Assembly: GCA_030625085.1 (NCBI GenBank)
Contig: DAOURK010000009.1
Coordinates: 1,237-65,236, forward strand
Origin: Pseudomonadota bacterium
GTDB lineage: Bacteria; SZUA-182; DTGQ01
Direction of reading: 5' to 3'
Length of the DNA: 64,000 bases
Shown here: positions 30,725 through 39,055 of the stretch, in pieces
How the letters are laid out: every line of letters begins with the position of its first letter
Position numbering within the stretch: position 1 is the first letter of the stretch
Notes under the pieces: generated by a model
What the model was told of the DNA's origin: nothing
What the model saw: only the letters and a program-made list of their open reading frames with translations
Database searches by the model: none
Program-made: the position numbers and the translations under genes

Positions 30725-31135
30725 TTAAAATCCCTTCCTCAAAATACTCCTTGCTCTTAAAAGGTGCCTTTATAGTTCAGTACCTATTCGACGCAGCTTA
30801 TTAAAATTTTTTACAGCTTATAGGCGCTCTTCGATCTCAGGGGGGGTGGGCCAAAAATAAACACCTTTTTCATTATTTTGTTCCCTGACAATAGCTGTAT
30901 TGATCATGCTTTTCAGAAGCATTGCTTAATTTCCCTTCTGTTGCTCGTTCACCCATTGTATAAAGAAGCTTATCTGCTGATGATAGGTTTTTTGGTTAAA
31001 TAACACTGGTTCCATAGGATCAATTTGCCCTTTTTTGTAAATACCTTAGATTGTTGTATACATTGCAAATCTCCTCGCTTCTTTATAAATAATATCGGAG
31101 TTTTATTCGCAAAGCAATAGGTATATTCATCTGTT
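30725..31135 (-). repeat. About 400-bp segment duplicated at about 35918-36328; includes a degenerate Rpn C-terminal remnant
   Basis: Near-identical by eye to the second copy. Minus strand reads EIEERL*AVKNFNKLRRIGTEL, similar to IKSIKNFSKLNQIGAEL. Confidence 0.65.
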
Positions 31136-31140
31136 CCCCA

Positions 31141-31163
31141 GGTCCCAGGCCCTTGGCCCCCAG
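31141..31163 (-). repeat. Short heptamer tract T3 in the opposite orientation
   Basis: Minus strand CTGGGG GCCAAGG GCCTGGG ACC, directly after the truncated HEPN frame. Confidence 0.55.
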
Positions 31164-31361
31164 TTAGGTTGTTTGAATTATAATATCACTCAGTCTGGCA
31201 AACCTACTGGTAAAGGCTTCAAATCTATCAAGTTCATCAAGAGTATATTGTTCTTTAATGGCTATCTTTGTGCACGCAGCATAAGAGTAATTCATAATCT
31301 CTGTTGCATTTTCCAACAAAGATAATTCCTCTTTTAATAAACTAAGCAGATCCTGAATCAC
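31164..31361 (-). pseudogene. Truncated HEPN-like nucleotidyltransferase substrate-binding protein
   Basis: DELDRFEAFTSRFARLSDIIIQ, then a stop at 65 aa (about half the expected length); paired with the MNT gene. Confidence 0.65.
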
Positions 31362-31639
31362 AATAAAATGCCCTTTTTATAGGCAATTTTTACAAAAGGA
31401 TTGGTTGTATCCTTGGCAAGAATAAGATGTATCTTTTGTTCACCTAACCTTTTATAAAATCTTTGCATAATCTTTATTTTGTCTTCATAACCTAATTTTT
31501 GGGAAATTATCAACAGGTCTATATCTCCGCCTTTTTGCCTGTCATCAACACGTGAACCAAAAAGGTAAGTTTTTGCATAATTATCTAAATCGTGAATACA
31601 ATCTTTAATTGTTCTAACTTCATTCTCTTTTAAACGCAT
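31358..31639 (-). CDS. Minimal nucleotidyltransferase (MNT)
   Basis: YLFGSRVDDRQKGGDIDLL. Confidence 0.88.
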   Translation of the reverse strand: MRLKENEVRTIKDCIHDLDNYAKTYLFGSRVDDRQKGGDIDLLIISQKLGYEDKIKIMQRFYKRLGEQKIHLILAKDTTNPFVKIAYKKGILL

Positions 31640-31663
31640 AATTTCAACGTATCATATTTTCAT

Positions 31664-31849
31664 TTAGGCGACAAGGGGAAAAAGATGACAGCGAGGTCTG
31701 GCGGTTTTTTGTTGCGACCAGCCCTTTTCTTCCACTAAAAGCTTTATTCTACCGGCCAGCACTAACACTGTGAGCCTTTTGCAGTGGGTGGTATTGAGCT
31801 TGGCTGCCAGCGCCAAGGCCTCGTCGTGGCTGATGTCCTTTACCTGCAC
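31664..31849 (-). pseudogene. XRE/HTH antitoxin-like fragment
   Basis: RIKLLVEEKGWSQQKTA (start of an HTH) followed by unrelated sequence. Confidence 0.45.
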
Positions 31850-32058
31850 TTCGATTTCCTGATCCCCACGTTTTTTGGCACGAAATGATATGAACGTGCT
31901 TCTTTAAATGTCTCCAGTAAAGGTCCGCTTTTTGAAAAAGGGTCTTTTATTATGGCTGGTAAATGATTAAAAACAATTTCTTTTTGTATTGAATACGGTA
32001 ATCTTTTTAAATCTCTTTTCGCAGACAGCGAGAGTTCAAGGTTATATGGTTTAACCAT
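31840..32058 (-). pseudogene. RelE/ParE toxin, 3'-truncated
   Basis: YNLELSLSAKRDLKRLP...DPF...RSYHF, then diverges. Confidence 0.65.
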
Positions 32059-32272
32059 AATCTCTCTTTAATTCCTCTAAAGTGATAAATTGCTCTCCAC
32101 GTTTCTTGGCTTCAATAGTTTCTTTGGTTCTTTTATTAACATATTCTAAAAATGAGCTGTCTTCCTTGATCTTTAAAAATTCAATAAAATGTAAAACTTC
32201 CTTCTTCCCTTTCTCTGGTAAACTTTTGATATTTTTTAAAATTAGCTCATTAAGTTCAAATGTTCCCGCCAT
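32051..32272 (-). CDS. DUF2281-like antitoxin
   Basis: IKSLPEKGKKEVLHFIEFLK...FITLEELKRDYG; overlaps the RelE-like gene. Confidence 0.6.
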   Translation of the reverse strand: MAGTFELNELILKNIKSLPEKGKKEVLHFIEFLKIKEDSSFLEYVNKRTKETIEAKKRGEQFITLEELKRDYG

Positions 32273-32358
32273 AACTATTCTCCATTTAATTAGTTATTTT
32301 ACTTTATCAATCAGAGAAAAGATTGTCAATGGGCCAGGGGGTATGTCAAACTACTTTG

Positions 32359-32510
32359 ACTTATTAAATCTCCTCGTTTTTGGTTTAATCACGGGTTTTT
32401 ATTTTAGCCGCAGACACACGCAGACTTGCGCAGACTATTTATTTTTAATAATTATTATTGTGGGCTTCAGGTAAATGTTGTAAATATTCGTTTGATTGCA
32501 GCCCTAATTT
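32359..32510. repeat. Internally deleted copy of 34463-34770, containing CGCAGAC x3 (10-bp period)
   Basis: CGCAGAC at 32409, 32419 and 32429. Shares tttttggtt..atcac.ggtttttatt and cttcaggtaaat..attcgtttgatt with the 34.6 kb copy. Confidence 0.75.
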
Positions 32511-32519
32511 CAAATAAAA

Positions 32520-32600
32520 AGGGCTTAGGGCTTACGGCTTAGGGGAATATAGAAGGTTTTAGGGCTTAGGGCTTAGGGCTTAGGGCATAGGGAAAAAAAG
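32520..32600 (+). repeat. G-rich heptamer tract T4 with four perfect TTAGGGC units
   Basis: TTAGGGC x4 at 32559-32586, then ATAGGG; fits the G3N1-7 x4 quadruplex pattern. Confidence 0.92.
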
Positions 32601-32606
32601 GTTTAT

Positions 32607-33002
32607 TTAAATCCAATTTTCAATTTTAAGTCCTTTTATCCGTTTAAAATGCCTTTGATTATTTGTAACAAGCGTAAAATCATTTACCAAAGCACAAGCG
32701 GCAATAAACAGATCAGCATCATCAATAATTTCCCCTCTCTTTATCAACATCGCTTTTAATTTACCAAAGGTTTCGCATATTGCCTGGTTTGATTCAATAA
32801 TCCCCAATTTGCTTTCCAATAACCTAACATTGGATAAATTTTCCTTGACTTTCTGTGACTTATGGGCGCCATAATAAAGTTCACTTAAAGTCAGAAACGA
32901 AGTATATATATTATCAAGGCCGATATCTAAGGCTTTCTTTTCGATATCTGTATTTCCCTTTATCCAATAAACACAGATATTAGTATCCAAAAGGTAAGTC
33001 AT
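32607..33002 (-). CDS. vapC: VapC PIN-domain toxin
   Basis: YLLDTNICVY, TLSELYYG, DDADLFIAA, LVTNNQRHF. Confidence 0.92.
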   Translation of the reverse strand: MTYLLDTNICVYWIKGNTDIEKKALDIGLDNIYTSFLTLSELYYGAHKSQKVKENLSNVRLLESKLGIIESNQAICETFGKLKAMLIKRGEIIDDADLFIAACALVNDFTLVTNNQRHFKRIKGLKIENWI

Positions 33003-33253
33003 AATTCAACTTTACGTCCGCCAAAGCCTGTTCTGTGAGAATATATGTCTTCTATTATCTCTTCTGCACGCCTTTCATCTTCCCAGATTCCACAAAGGCC
33101 ACTGCTTTTTTCATGTCTATTTTTTTTTGCCTTCACTGTGAATATACCTTCTTGGAGGGAACGAAGCATTTTTATTACTTGGGGTATAACTTCGCTCGGC
33201 ATTTTACGTATTTCTTCAAGAACTTTTTCCTCATATTTAGTCCTGGTTTGCAT
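32999..33253 (-). CDS. VapB-like antitoxin (DUF2281-like)
   Basis: 4-bp overlap with vapC; LCGIWEDERRAEEII. Confidence 0.65.
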   Translation of the reverse strand: MQTRTKYEEKVLEEIRKMPSEVIPQVIKMLRSLQEGIFTVKAKKNRHEKSSGLCGIWEDERRAEEIIEDIYSHRTGFGGRKVEL

Positions 33254-33346
33254 AAATTTTCCTTCAATATTTTATCTTTTTTTTAATTAGTTTCAATTGA
33301 TTTTATTTTATCAGCATTGGAAAAACTTGTCAATTTAAGCTAAGAC

Positions 33347-33378
33347 AGGGGCATAAGGCTCAGGGCGTAGGGCATAGA
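33347..33378 (+). repeat. G-rich heptamer tract T5
   Basis: CAGGGGC ATAAGGC TCAGGGC GTAGGGC ATAG. Confidence 0.8.
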
Positions 33379-33392
33379 AAATTTCAACTCAA

Positions 33393-33774
33393 TTATTCTA
33401 TATTTACAAATCCATCTCGAAGGTCAACTACTATTTTATGTCCTCGAAAAAAATCTAAGCCAAGGACTCCATCTACTGTAACACTAAGTAAGGTATGACA
33501 AAGTACAGAAAAATTCCAACGTTTCAACCCCATGGCCTCGATTTCTTCTATTGCGATTTGCGGTACAAATTCTATTCCACTCCCCGTCGTCATTTTGATT
33601 CGTTCTGATAACGATAGCCGGATCATAACCCAAAAGCACCAAGATATCCCAGTTCACAATACATCTAGTTGCGCCGGTATCCAATGCTAGTTGTAATATT
33701 GTATCACCATTTGGTCCCCAAAATTTTGTTGGAATTAAAATTAATCCTTTTTCTGGGTTAAAGGAGAGACTCAC
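33393..33774 (-). pseudogene. Retropepsin-like aspartyl protease, frameshifted near 33615
   Basis: LALDTGAT in one frame; MTTGSG...DGVLGLDFF in another. Confidence 0.8.
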
Positions 33775-34013
33775 AATACTACAGCTATCTCTTCAGGTTG
33801 TATTCCTGTATACAAAATAGCAGTATGTTTAGGACATAATTTCCTTGCCTTGCGGTAAACTTCGTCTCTATCTTTACTATGCCAAAGTACCTTACCCTTT
33901 ATCACATTCAGGGTTTCATCAGTTTCCGGATCTTCCAAAAGAACCCATTCGGATTTAAACCGATTCTTGATTTCTGCTAAAATTGCAATTTTACTCATTA
34001 TCACACCCCACAA
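33771..34013 (-). CDS. Small DUF5678-like protein, partner of the retropepsin gene
   Basis: SEWVLLED...GKVLWHSKDRDEVY...ILYTG; overlaps the protease start. Confidence 0.55.
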   Translation of the reverse strand: MWGVIMSKIAILAEIKNRFKSEWVLLEDPETDETLNVIKGKVLWHSKDRDEVYRKARKLCPKHTAILYTGIQPEEIAVVL

Positions 34014-34134
34014 ATAGTGGTTTTATGCTAATTCAACTGTTTCGGTTTTTTTCTTTTTTGTCTTTATTTTTATCCCTGCTGTGTATAATAAAATTTTAGT
34101 CTTTACAGCGAGCATAGTCAAGAAAATGAATAAA

Positions 34135-34212
34135 GAAGGCGGAGGGAAAAAGAAGGGCTTAGGGGACAAAAAGGCGTAAGGCGAAGGGGGAAAAAGAAGG
34201 ACGCAGGGCTTA
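34135..34212 (+). repeat. G-rich heptamer tract T6
   Basis: GGAGGGA AAAAGA AGGGC TTAGGGG..GTAAGGC GAAGGGG..GCAGGGC. Confidence 0.8.
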
Positions 34213-34294
34213 TAAGATCTTTTTGTGGATATTCAGGTAGGGTTTCGATTATGTCTAAGGCCTCTTGAAATGTTACGTTTCGTTGACTAGACAT
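34212..34294 (-). pseudogene. 5' fragment of a small antitoxin-like gene, truncated at tract T6
   Basis: MSSQRNVTFQEALDIIETLPEYPQKDLI, then enters the repeat. Confidence 0.5.
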
Positions 34295-34420
34295 CTAAAT
34301 ATATCCTTATATAAAATTTATTGAACAATATTATATTTTATGTAAGGCTTTTTTTGCCTGATTTAATTCCCTCATTTTTTCCTTTTTTATACCTTTACGA
34401 AATTTTGGCCGACGTGTGAC

Positions 34421-34618
34421 CTAAATTTTTTTTGCCCAGGCCCTCGCGTCGAAAATCTGCCGACTTATTAAATTTCCTCCTTTTGATTTTAGGAATGTTA
34501 CACTGTTCCTCATAGCCGGCTTCGTTAATTTTCGTTTTTGATCGATCCTGGCGCGGGGGTAGATTGTTTCGTCCAGGACGATGTTGGTGCTGGGGAGTGT
34601 GGTTTTTGGTTTGATCAC
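34421..34618 (-). pseudogene. ParB-N-like gene fragment
   Basis: IVLDETIYPRARIDQKR, then degenerate; preceded by CGCAGAC x2 (34636, 34646). Confidence 0.45.
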
Positions 34619-34914
34619 TGGTTTTTATTTTTGGCCGCAGACTCACGCAGACAAAAGCGAACTATTTATTTTTACTAATTATTATTGTGCGCTTCAGGTA
34701 AATTTATATACATTCGTTTGATTTTTGGCTTTCAGGTGAAGTTATAAACATTCGTTTGATTTGTGGCCAACAAGCGCAATATTCACCATTATGGCTTAAC
34801 ACCCTTCCGGCATTTTCGGCAAATGGTTTTACATAGCGTCAGCAACTGCCTTAAACCATAGCGTAAAACTAATCGCCAGGCCCTTCTCCTTTAAGCCCTA
34901 CTTTGGTTGGGCTT

Positions 34915-35208
34915 TTATTTTCTACTTCGACCATAGGCAGGATGCCTGCGCTGGTGCTTAACTACCGTTATCCGAAGTACGTCTTTTTCCAAGACTCGGA
35001 AGTAAATGACGTAAGGGAAACGCTTCATTAACGACCGTCGAACATTTGTCTCCACAATCTTCCAGCGGGTTGGCATTGATGCGATTTTCAAAATCTGCAG
35101 TTCAAATTCATTGAGAAATTCTGCCCCTAATCCATGAGTACACTCGTTAAAATATTTGATAATCTCACGTAACTCACGTTCAATTGCCGGATGATATTCA
35201 ACCCTCAT
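34915..35208 (-). CDS. RelE/ParE family toxin
   Basis: VEYHPAIEREL...RRSLMKRFPYVIYF...VKHQRRHPAY. Confidence 0.88.
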   Translation of the reverse strand: MRVEYHPAIERELREIIKYFNECTHGLGAEFLNEFELQILKIASMPTRWKIVETNVRRSLMKRFPYVIYFRVLEKDVLRITVVKHQRRHPAYGRSRK

Positions 35209-35428
35209 TTTCGTAGCTTATTCATTAATTCTTTGTGGGACAACGGTACCACATCGCCCCGTTCAATTTCCGCATCACGTTGCTTTGCAAGAGCAATAGC
35301 TTCCTCATCAGAAATATCAGCAGGGAGAATATATGGATCCTCAAGACTTCCCCATATTGTCTCGGCAAGAATTGCTCTATCTTGCGAACTGAGTCGCAAA
35401 GCCTCACTGGCTAACTGATCAATGTTCA
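35205..35428 (-). CDS. Addiction-module antitoxin (TIGR02574-like); start probably MNIDQL
   Basis: ALRLSSQDRAILAETIWGSL...RDAEIERG. Confidence 0.8.
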
Positions 35429-35611
35429 TAAAAAAGCCTCCCTTAGACAATGCCCATGATATGATAAATAGCAAAAGCAATATCATAAATATAAATTTAT
35501 TTTTTTTTACGTCCGCCTAAGCTCACTATGGTTTAATAATATCGGAATTTTAGTTGCAAGGCAATCGGCATTTTTTATATTCAGCGCAAAGCGCGCTGAG
35601 AAATTAATTTT

Positions 35612-35917
35612 TTAAATCAAGAACCAACCTTCATAATCCTTATCCTCTAAAACAGTTACAGCCATATCCCAGTCAAAGTAATCTTTTTCGATTTCGTAAT
35701 TCATTTCTCTGTCTTTATATACTTTTTCAAAACTTTCAAATTTCATATTATATTTTTTTTCAAAATTCTTTACCATAAATATATACTTATTTTTTTTTCT
35801 TTTTAGCTCTCTGTTTATCAATTCTTTAATTGCATCAACTATATCTCTTTTTTTGGTAATATTAACAAGCTCTTTTTGTACTTTCTCTGATAAAACAACA
35901 TTGTTTGATACTGACAT
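35612..35917 (-). CDS. Putative antitoxin, copy 2 (altered C-terminus, no toxin partner)
   Basis: Matches 30419-30724 up to VTVLED, then a different tail. Confidence 0.6.
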   Translation of the reverse strand: MSVSNNVVLSEKVQKELVNITKKRDIVDAIKELINRELKRKKNKYIFMVKNFEKKYNMKFESFEKVYKDREMNYEIEKDYFDWDMAVTVLEDKDYEGWFLI

Positions 35918-36324
35918 TTAAAATTCCTTCCTCAAAAGACTCCTTGCTCTTAAAAGGTGCCTTTATAGTTCAGTGCCTATTCGACGCAGCTTATTAATAT
36001 TTTTTATAGCTTTTAGGCGCTCTTCTATCTCAGGGGGGTGAGACAAAAATAAACACCTTTTTCATTATTTTGTTCCCTGACAATAGCGGTATTGATCATG
36101 CTTTTCAGAAACATTGCTTAATTTCCCTTCTATTGCTCGTTCACCCATTGTATAAAGAAGCTTATCTGCTGATGATAGGTTTTTTGGTTAAATAACACTG
36201 ATTCCATAGGATCAATTTGCCCTTTTTTGTAAATACCTTAGATTGTTGTATACATCGCAAATCTCCTCGCTTCTTTATAAATAATATCGGAGTTTTATTC
36301 GCAAAGCAATAGGTATATTCATCT

Positions 36325-36436
36325 GTTCTTTAAGGCCGTAGTCATTAGCAAATATGCCTTTCCCTGTTAATTTATAAATAAATACGGCGAGGTCCTTTGC
36401 ATGCTGCCATACTTTAAGCTCCTGAAATTTTCCCAT
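36325..36436 (-). pseudogene. 5' fragment of a second four helix bundle gene
   Basis: MGKFQELKVWQHAKDLAVFIYKLTGKGIFANDYGLKEQ, then joins the duplicated 400-bp segment at GAACAGAT. Confidence 0.8.
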
Positions 36437-36447
36437 CGCCTAATTTT

Positions 36448-36825
36448 TTATAAATATTTAATTATTTCATCTATGACATTCGATATTTCAGGCATATGAG
36501 TGCAAATTATTGTTCCATCTCTCGTATGTTTATGTGATTTACACCTTAATGCTGGTTTATGCAAAGCGTTATCATATCTGAAGATGAGTTTTCCATCTCT
36601 GTCCAGGTATTGATAAGAATAACTCACTTTATCTATTGTATATTTGGCATCTATATATTCTTGGATATGAAAAACCGAATTGTCTACGAGGATAATTTTG
36701 GCTTTTATAACTGCTTGTTTGCGTGCCCGCATTTCTTCTTTAAATTCAACAGCCTCTGTATATCCATAATCTCTAAGCCTTTCTAAGGCTTGTTGAAATG
36801 TTTCAAGGTAATTACGAAGCAACAT
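36448..36825 (-). CDS. DUF6516/TumE-like toxin, copy 2
   Basis: Three amino-acid differences from 28827-29204. Confidence 0.7.
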   Translation of the reverse strand: MLLRNYLETFQQALERLRDYGYTEAVEFKEEMRARKQAVIKAKIILVDNSVFHIQEYIDAKYTIDKVSYSYQYLDRDGKLIFRYDNALHKPALRCKSHKHTRDGTIICTHMPEISNVIDEIIKYL

Positions 36826-37132
36826 GCGCGATACTTCTTAATACAGTTAAGTCTTCTTTTAATTTAATAAATAAATAATATTCTCCCGCCCATTCAACAT
36901 ATTCAATATCTTTTCCCTTTAAATCTTCAGCAGTCCAATTTTTTATGAACTCATCAGATGAGATATTGTATTTTTTTTCAAACTTTTTAAGCCGCTCTTT
37001 GGCAAGTTTAAGACTATAGTTTATACGGAGGGTTTCTGTCTCAATAACCTCCTTGATAAATTTAACTGCCTTATCGGGCTTATTTGACTCCAAAACTATT
37101 TTGGCCATTGTTTCCTCACTCTTGATTTCCAA
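36812..37132 (-). CDS. TumA-like antitoxin, copy 2
   Basis: Four amino-acid differences from 29191-29511. Confidence 0.65.
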   Translation of the reverse strand: MEIKSEETMAKIVLESNKPDKAVKFIKEVIETETLRINYSLKLAKERLKKFEKKYNISSDEFIKNWTAEDLKGKDIEYVEWAGEYYLFIKLKEDLTVLRSIAHVAS

Positions 37133-37190
37133 ACTCTATAGGCAACTAGTTAACCTTTTTCCTTGTTTCCATTTATATTGCATAGTATTT

Positions 37191-37793
37191 TCATAACCTT
37201 TTTTTTAATTCCTCTACGTCGTTTATGTCTAATAGTTCGGCGCCTATTTGGTTCAACTTGCTGAAATTTTTAATTGATTTTATGCGCTTTTTCAGATCGG
37301 GAGAAAGGGCACCAAATTTTTTTTTGATTTGATTTAAGATTAAAAGCTGCATATTTTCCATGCCCTTTTCCATGCCCTTTTCCATGCCCTTTTCAATGCC
37401 CTTTTCAATGCCCTTTTTCTCATATAGAGTAATCATATCTTTTACCTCCCTGTAACTTCCATCATGATCTAGGGTTTTGAAAAACTGTTCTTCGTCTTTT
37501 TTTGTTAAGACCATCGAGTCATTGATAAAATTTATCAGGATGCTTTGCCTTGCTTCATCAATTCGGGAAGTCAAGATCAATCTTAAAGCCTCCATCTTGA
37601 CTTTTGTTCTCTCTTTTTTATTGAAACCCATTTTTACCATCAAGGCATAGGCTAATGGGTTATTAACTGTTAAATATTTTCTATAATCAAGTTCTTTGAG
37701 CTTTATTTTTTTGTAACGAAAATTTAAATAAATTTCATCATATTCTATCTTGTATTCACGATCTATCTCTTTTTTCCATAAATGATCATCAGC
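37191..37793 (-). pseudogene. 5'-truncated Rpn-family (PD-(D/E)XK recombination-promoting nuclease / putative transposase) gene with intact internal RpnS-like start at 37436
   Basis: Open frame from directly after the ATPase stop: ADDHLWKKEID...KIKLKELDYRKYLTVNNPLAYALMVKM...YREVKDMITLYEKKG(IEKG)2(MEKG)2. Embedded SD AGGGAGGT at 37444-37451. Confidence 0.7.
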
Positions 37794-39008
37794 TTAATAT
37801 CGAATAAATGAACAAAATATCAAGGCGGACACTGCTATGAAGGCTAAAATTAAGGCTACGTTTAAAATAATTTTGCTTTGCCTTTTAATACGCTCTAAGT
37901 CATGATCAAAATCGGACAAACGTTTAACCAAATCGTTTTTCTCCGGTCGAAGTTCTTTCAACTCCATATCATGAACTTTTAATGTCTTGTCCGTGGTTAT
38001 GAGTATTTGTTTAAATTCTTCTATAATGCTGCTATTATATTTCTTGGTATCAGATTCGTCCCTGCCTTTTTTTTTATTTTCCAGAATCTTTATACTTTTT
38101 TCCAGATCGGCAATCTTTCCCTCAAGAAGGCGAAATTTGATTTTCCAACTATTTTTATTTTGCCTTGCTGATGGAGGGCCGGATTTTTCGCCCAGGAAAA
38201 GCCCTCCTTCCTTTTTATCCGCCACAACATTTTCTATTACCTTATCGCTTATCTGTGGTAAGCTGTCGGCAAAGCCGTATACCAGGGCCATATCACAGAT
38301 AATATTAATTACTCGGGGGATGCCCTCGGAGTATGTGGCTATCTTATTAATCGCCTCGTCGGAAAAAATTTCATTTGTATTGGCCCCGGCCACTGATAAT
38401 CGGTGGTGTATATATTCCTTAACCTCCAGAGACGAAAGCCTGTCAAGATGATAGTTAACGATGATTCGTTGCGCAAATTGTTCAAGGCCGGGTTTCAAAA
38501 GGACTTCTCTCAACCCGGGCTGCCCCACTAAAATAATCCGGATAAGGTGCTCTTTTTCAGTCTGTAAATTGGAGAGCATCCTTACCTCTTCCAGAACTGC
38601 AGGGGAGAGGTTTTGTGCCTCATCTATAATTAAGACCGTTTTTCTTTTTTTTGCGTACTGTTCGATGATAAATTTGTTAAAGGCCTCATACAGGGCTATT
38701 TTGTTTTTAGTCTTATATTCTACTTCGAATTCTTTCAGGACCGCCAGCAGAAACTGCACGGAATTAAGTTTAGTATTAAAAATAATAGCCAGATTGATAT
38801 TGTCTTCGATCTCTTTGACCAGATATTTAATGAGCGTGGTTTTGCCAGTGCCGATCTCCCCGCTTATGACAATAAACCCGGCCTGCTGCATGAATCCGTA
38901 GTGCAAATAGTCGATGGCCGTCTTATGTTTGCTGCTCATAAAAAGATAGCCGGGGTCAGGAAGTATGGTAAAAGGTCTTTCTTTTAAATGGTAGAATTCT
39001 TTATACAT
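37794..39008 (-). CDS. ExeA-family AAA ATPase (exosortase/PEP-CTERM system-associated)
   Basis: MYKEFYHLKERPFTILPDP, GEIGTGKTT, LIIDEAQNL, LVGQPGL, GIPRVINIICD. Confidence 0.9.
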   Translation of the reverse strand: MYKEFYHLKERPFTILPDPGYLFMSSKHKTAIDYLHYGFMQQAGFIVISGEIGTGKTTLIKYLVKEIEDNINLAIIFNTKLNSVQFLLAVLKEFEVEYKTKNKIALYEAFNKFIIEQYAKKRKTVLIIDEAQNLSPAVLEEVRMLSNLQTEKEHLIRIILVGQPGLREVLLKPGLEQFAQRIIVNYHLDRLSSLEVKEYIHHRLSVAGANTNEIFSDEAINKIATYSEGIPRVINIICDMALVYGFADSLPQISDKVIENVVADKKEGGLFLGEKSGPPSARQNKNSWKIKFRLLEGKIADLEKSIKILENKKKGRDESDTKKYNSSIIEEFKQILITTDKTLKVHDMELKELRPEKNDLVKRLSDFDHDLERIKRQSKIILNVALILAFIAVSALIFCSFIRY

Positions 39009-39055
39009 TTATGATTGTTACCATTTATTGATGATCTCGTAAAAAGACAATTGCA

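Noticed and set aside
32559-32593. True telomere or eukaryotic contamination
   Set aside because: The repeat is 7-mer TTAGGGC, short, internal and embedded in bacterial TA genes.
28354-34212. Heptamer tracts as a CRISPR array or integron attC sites
   Set aside because: No constant 25-45 bp repeat with unique spacers and no cas genes. The tracts are direct, one-strand G-rich repeats and not palindromic RYYYAAC/GTTRRRY sites.
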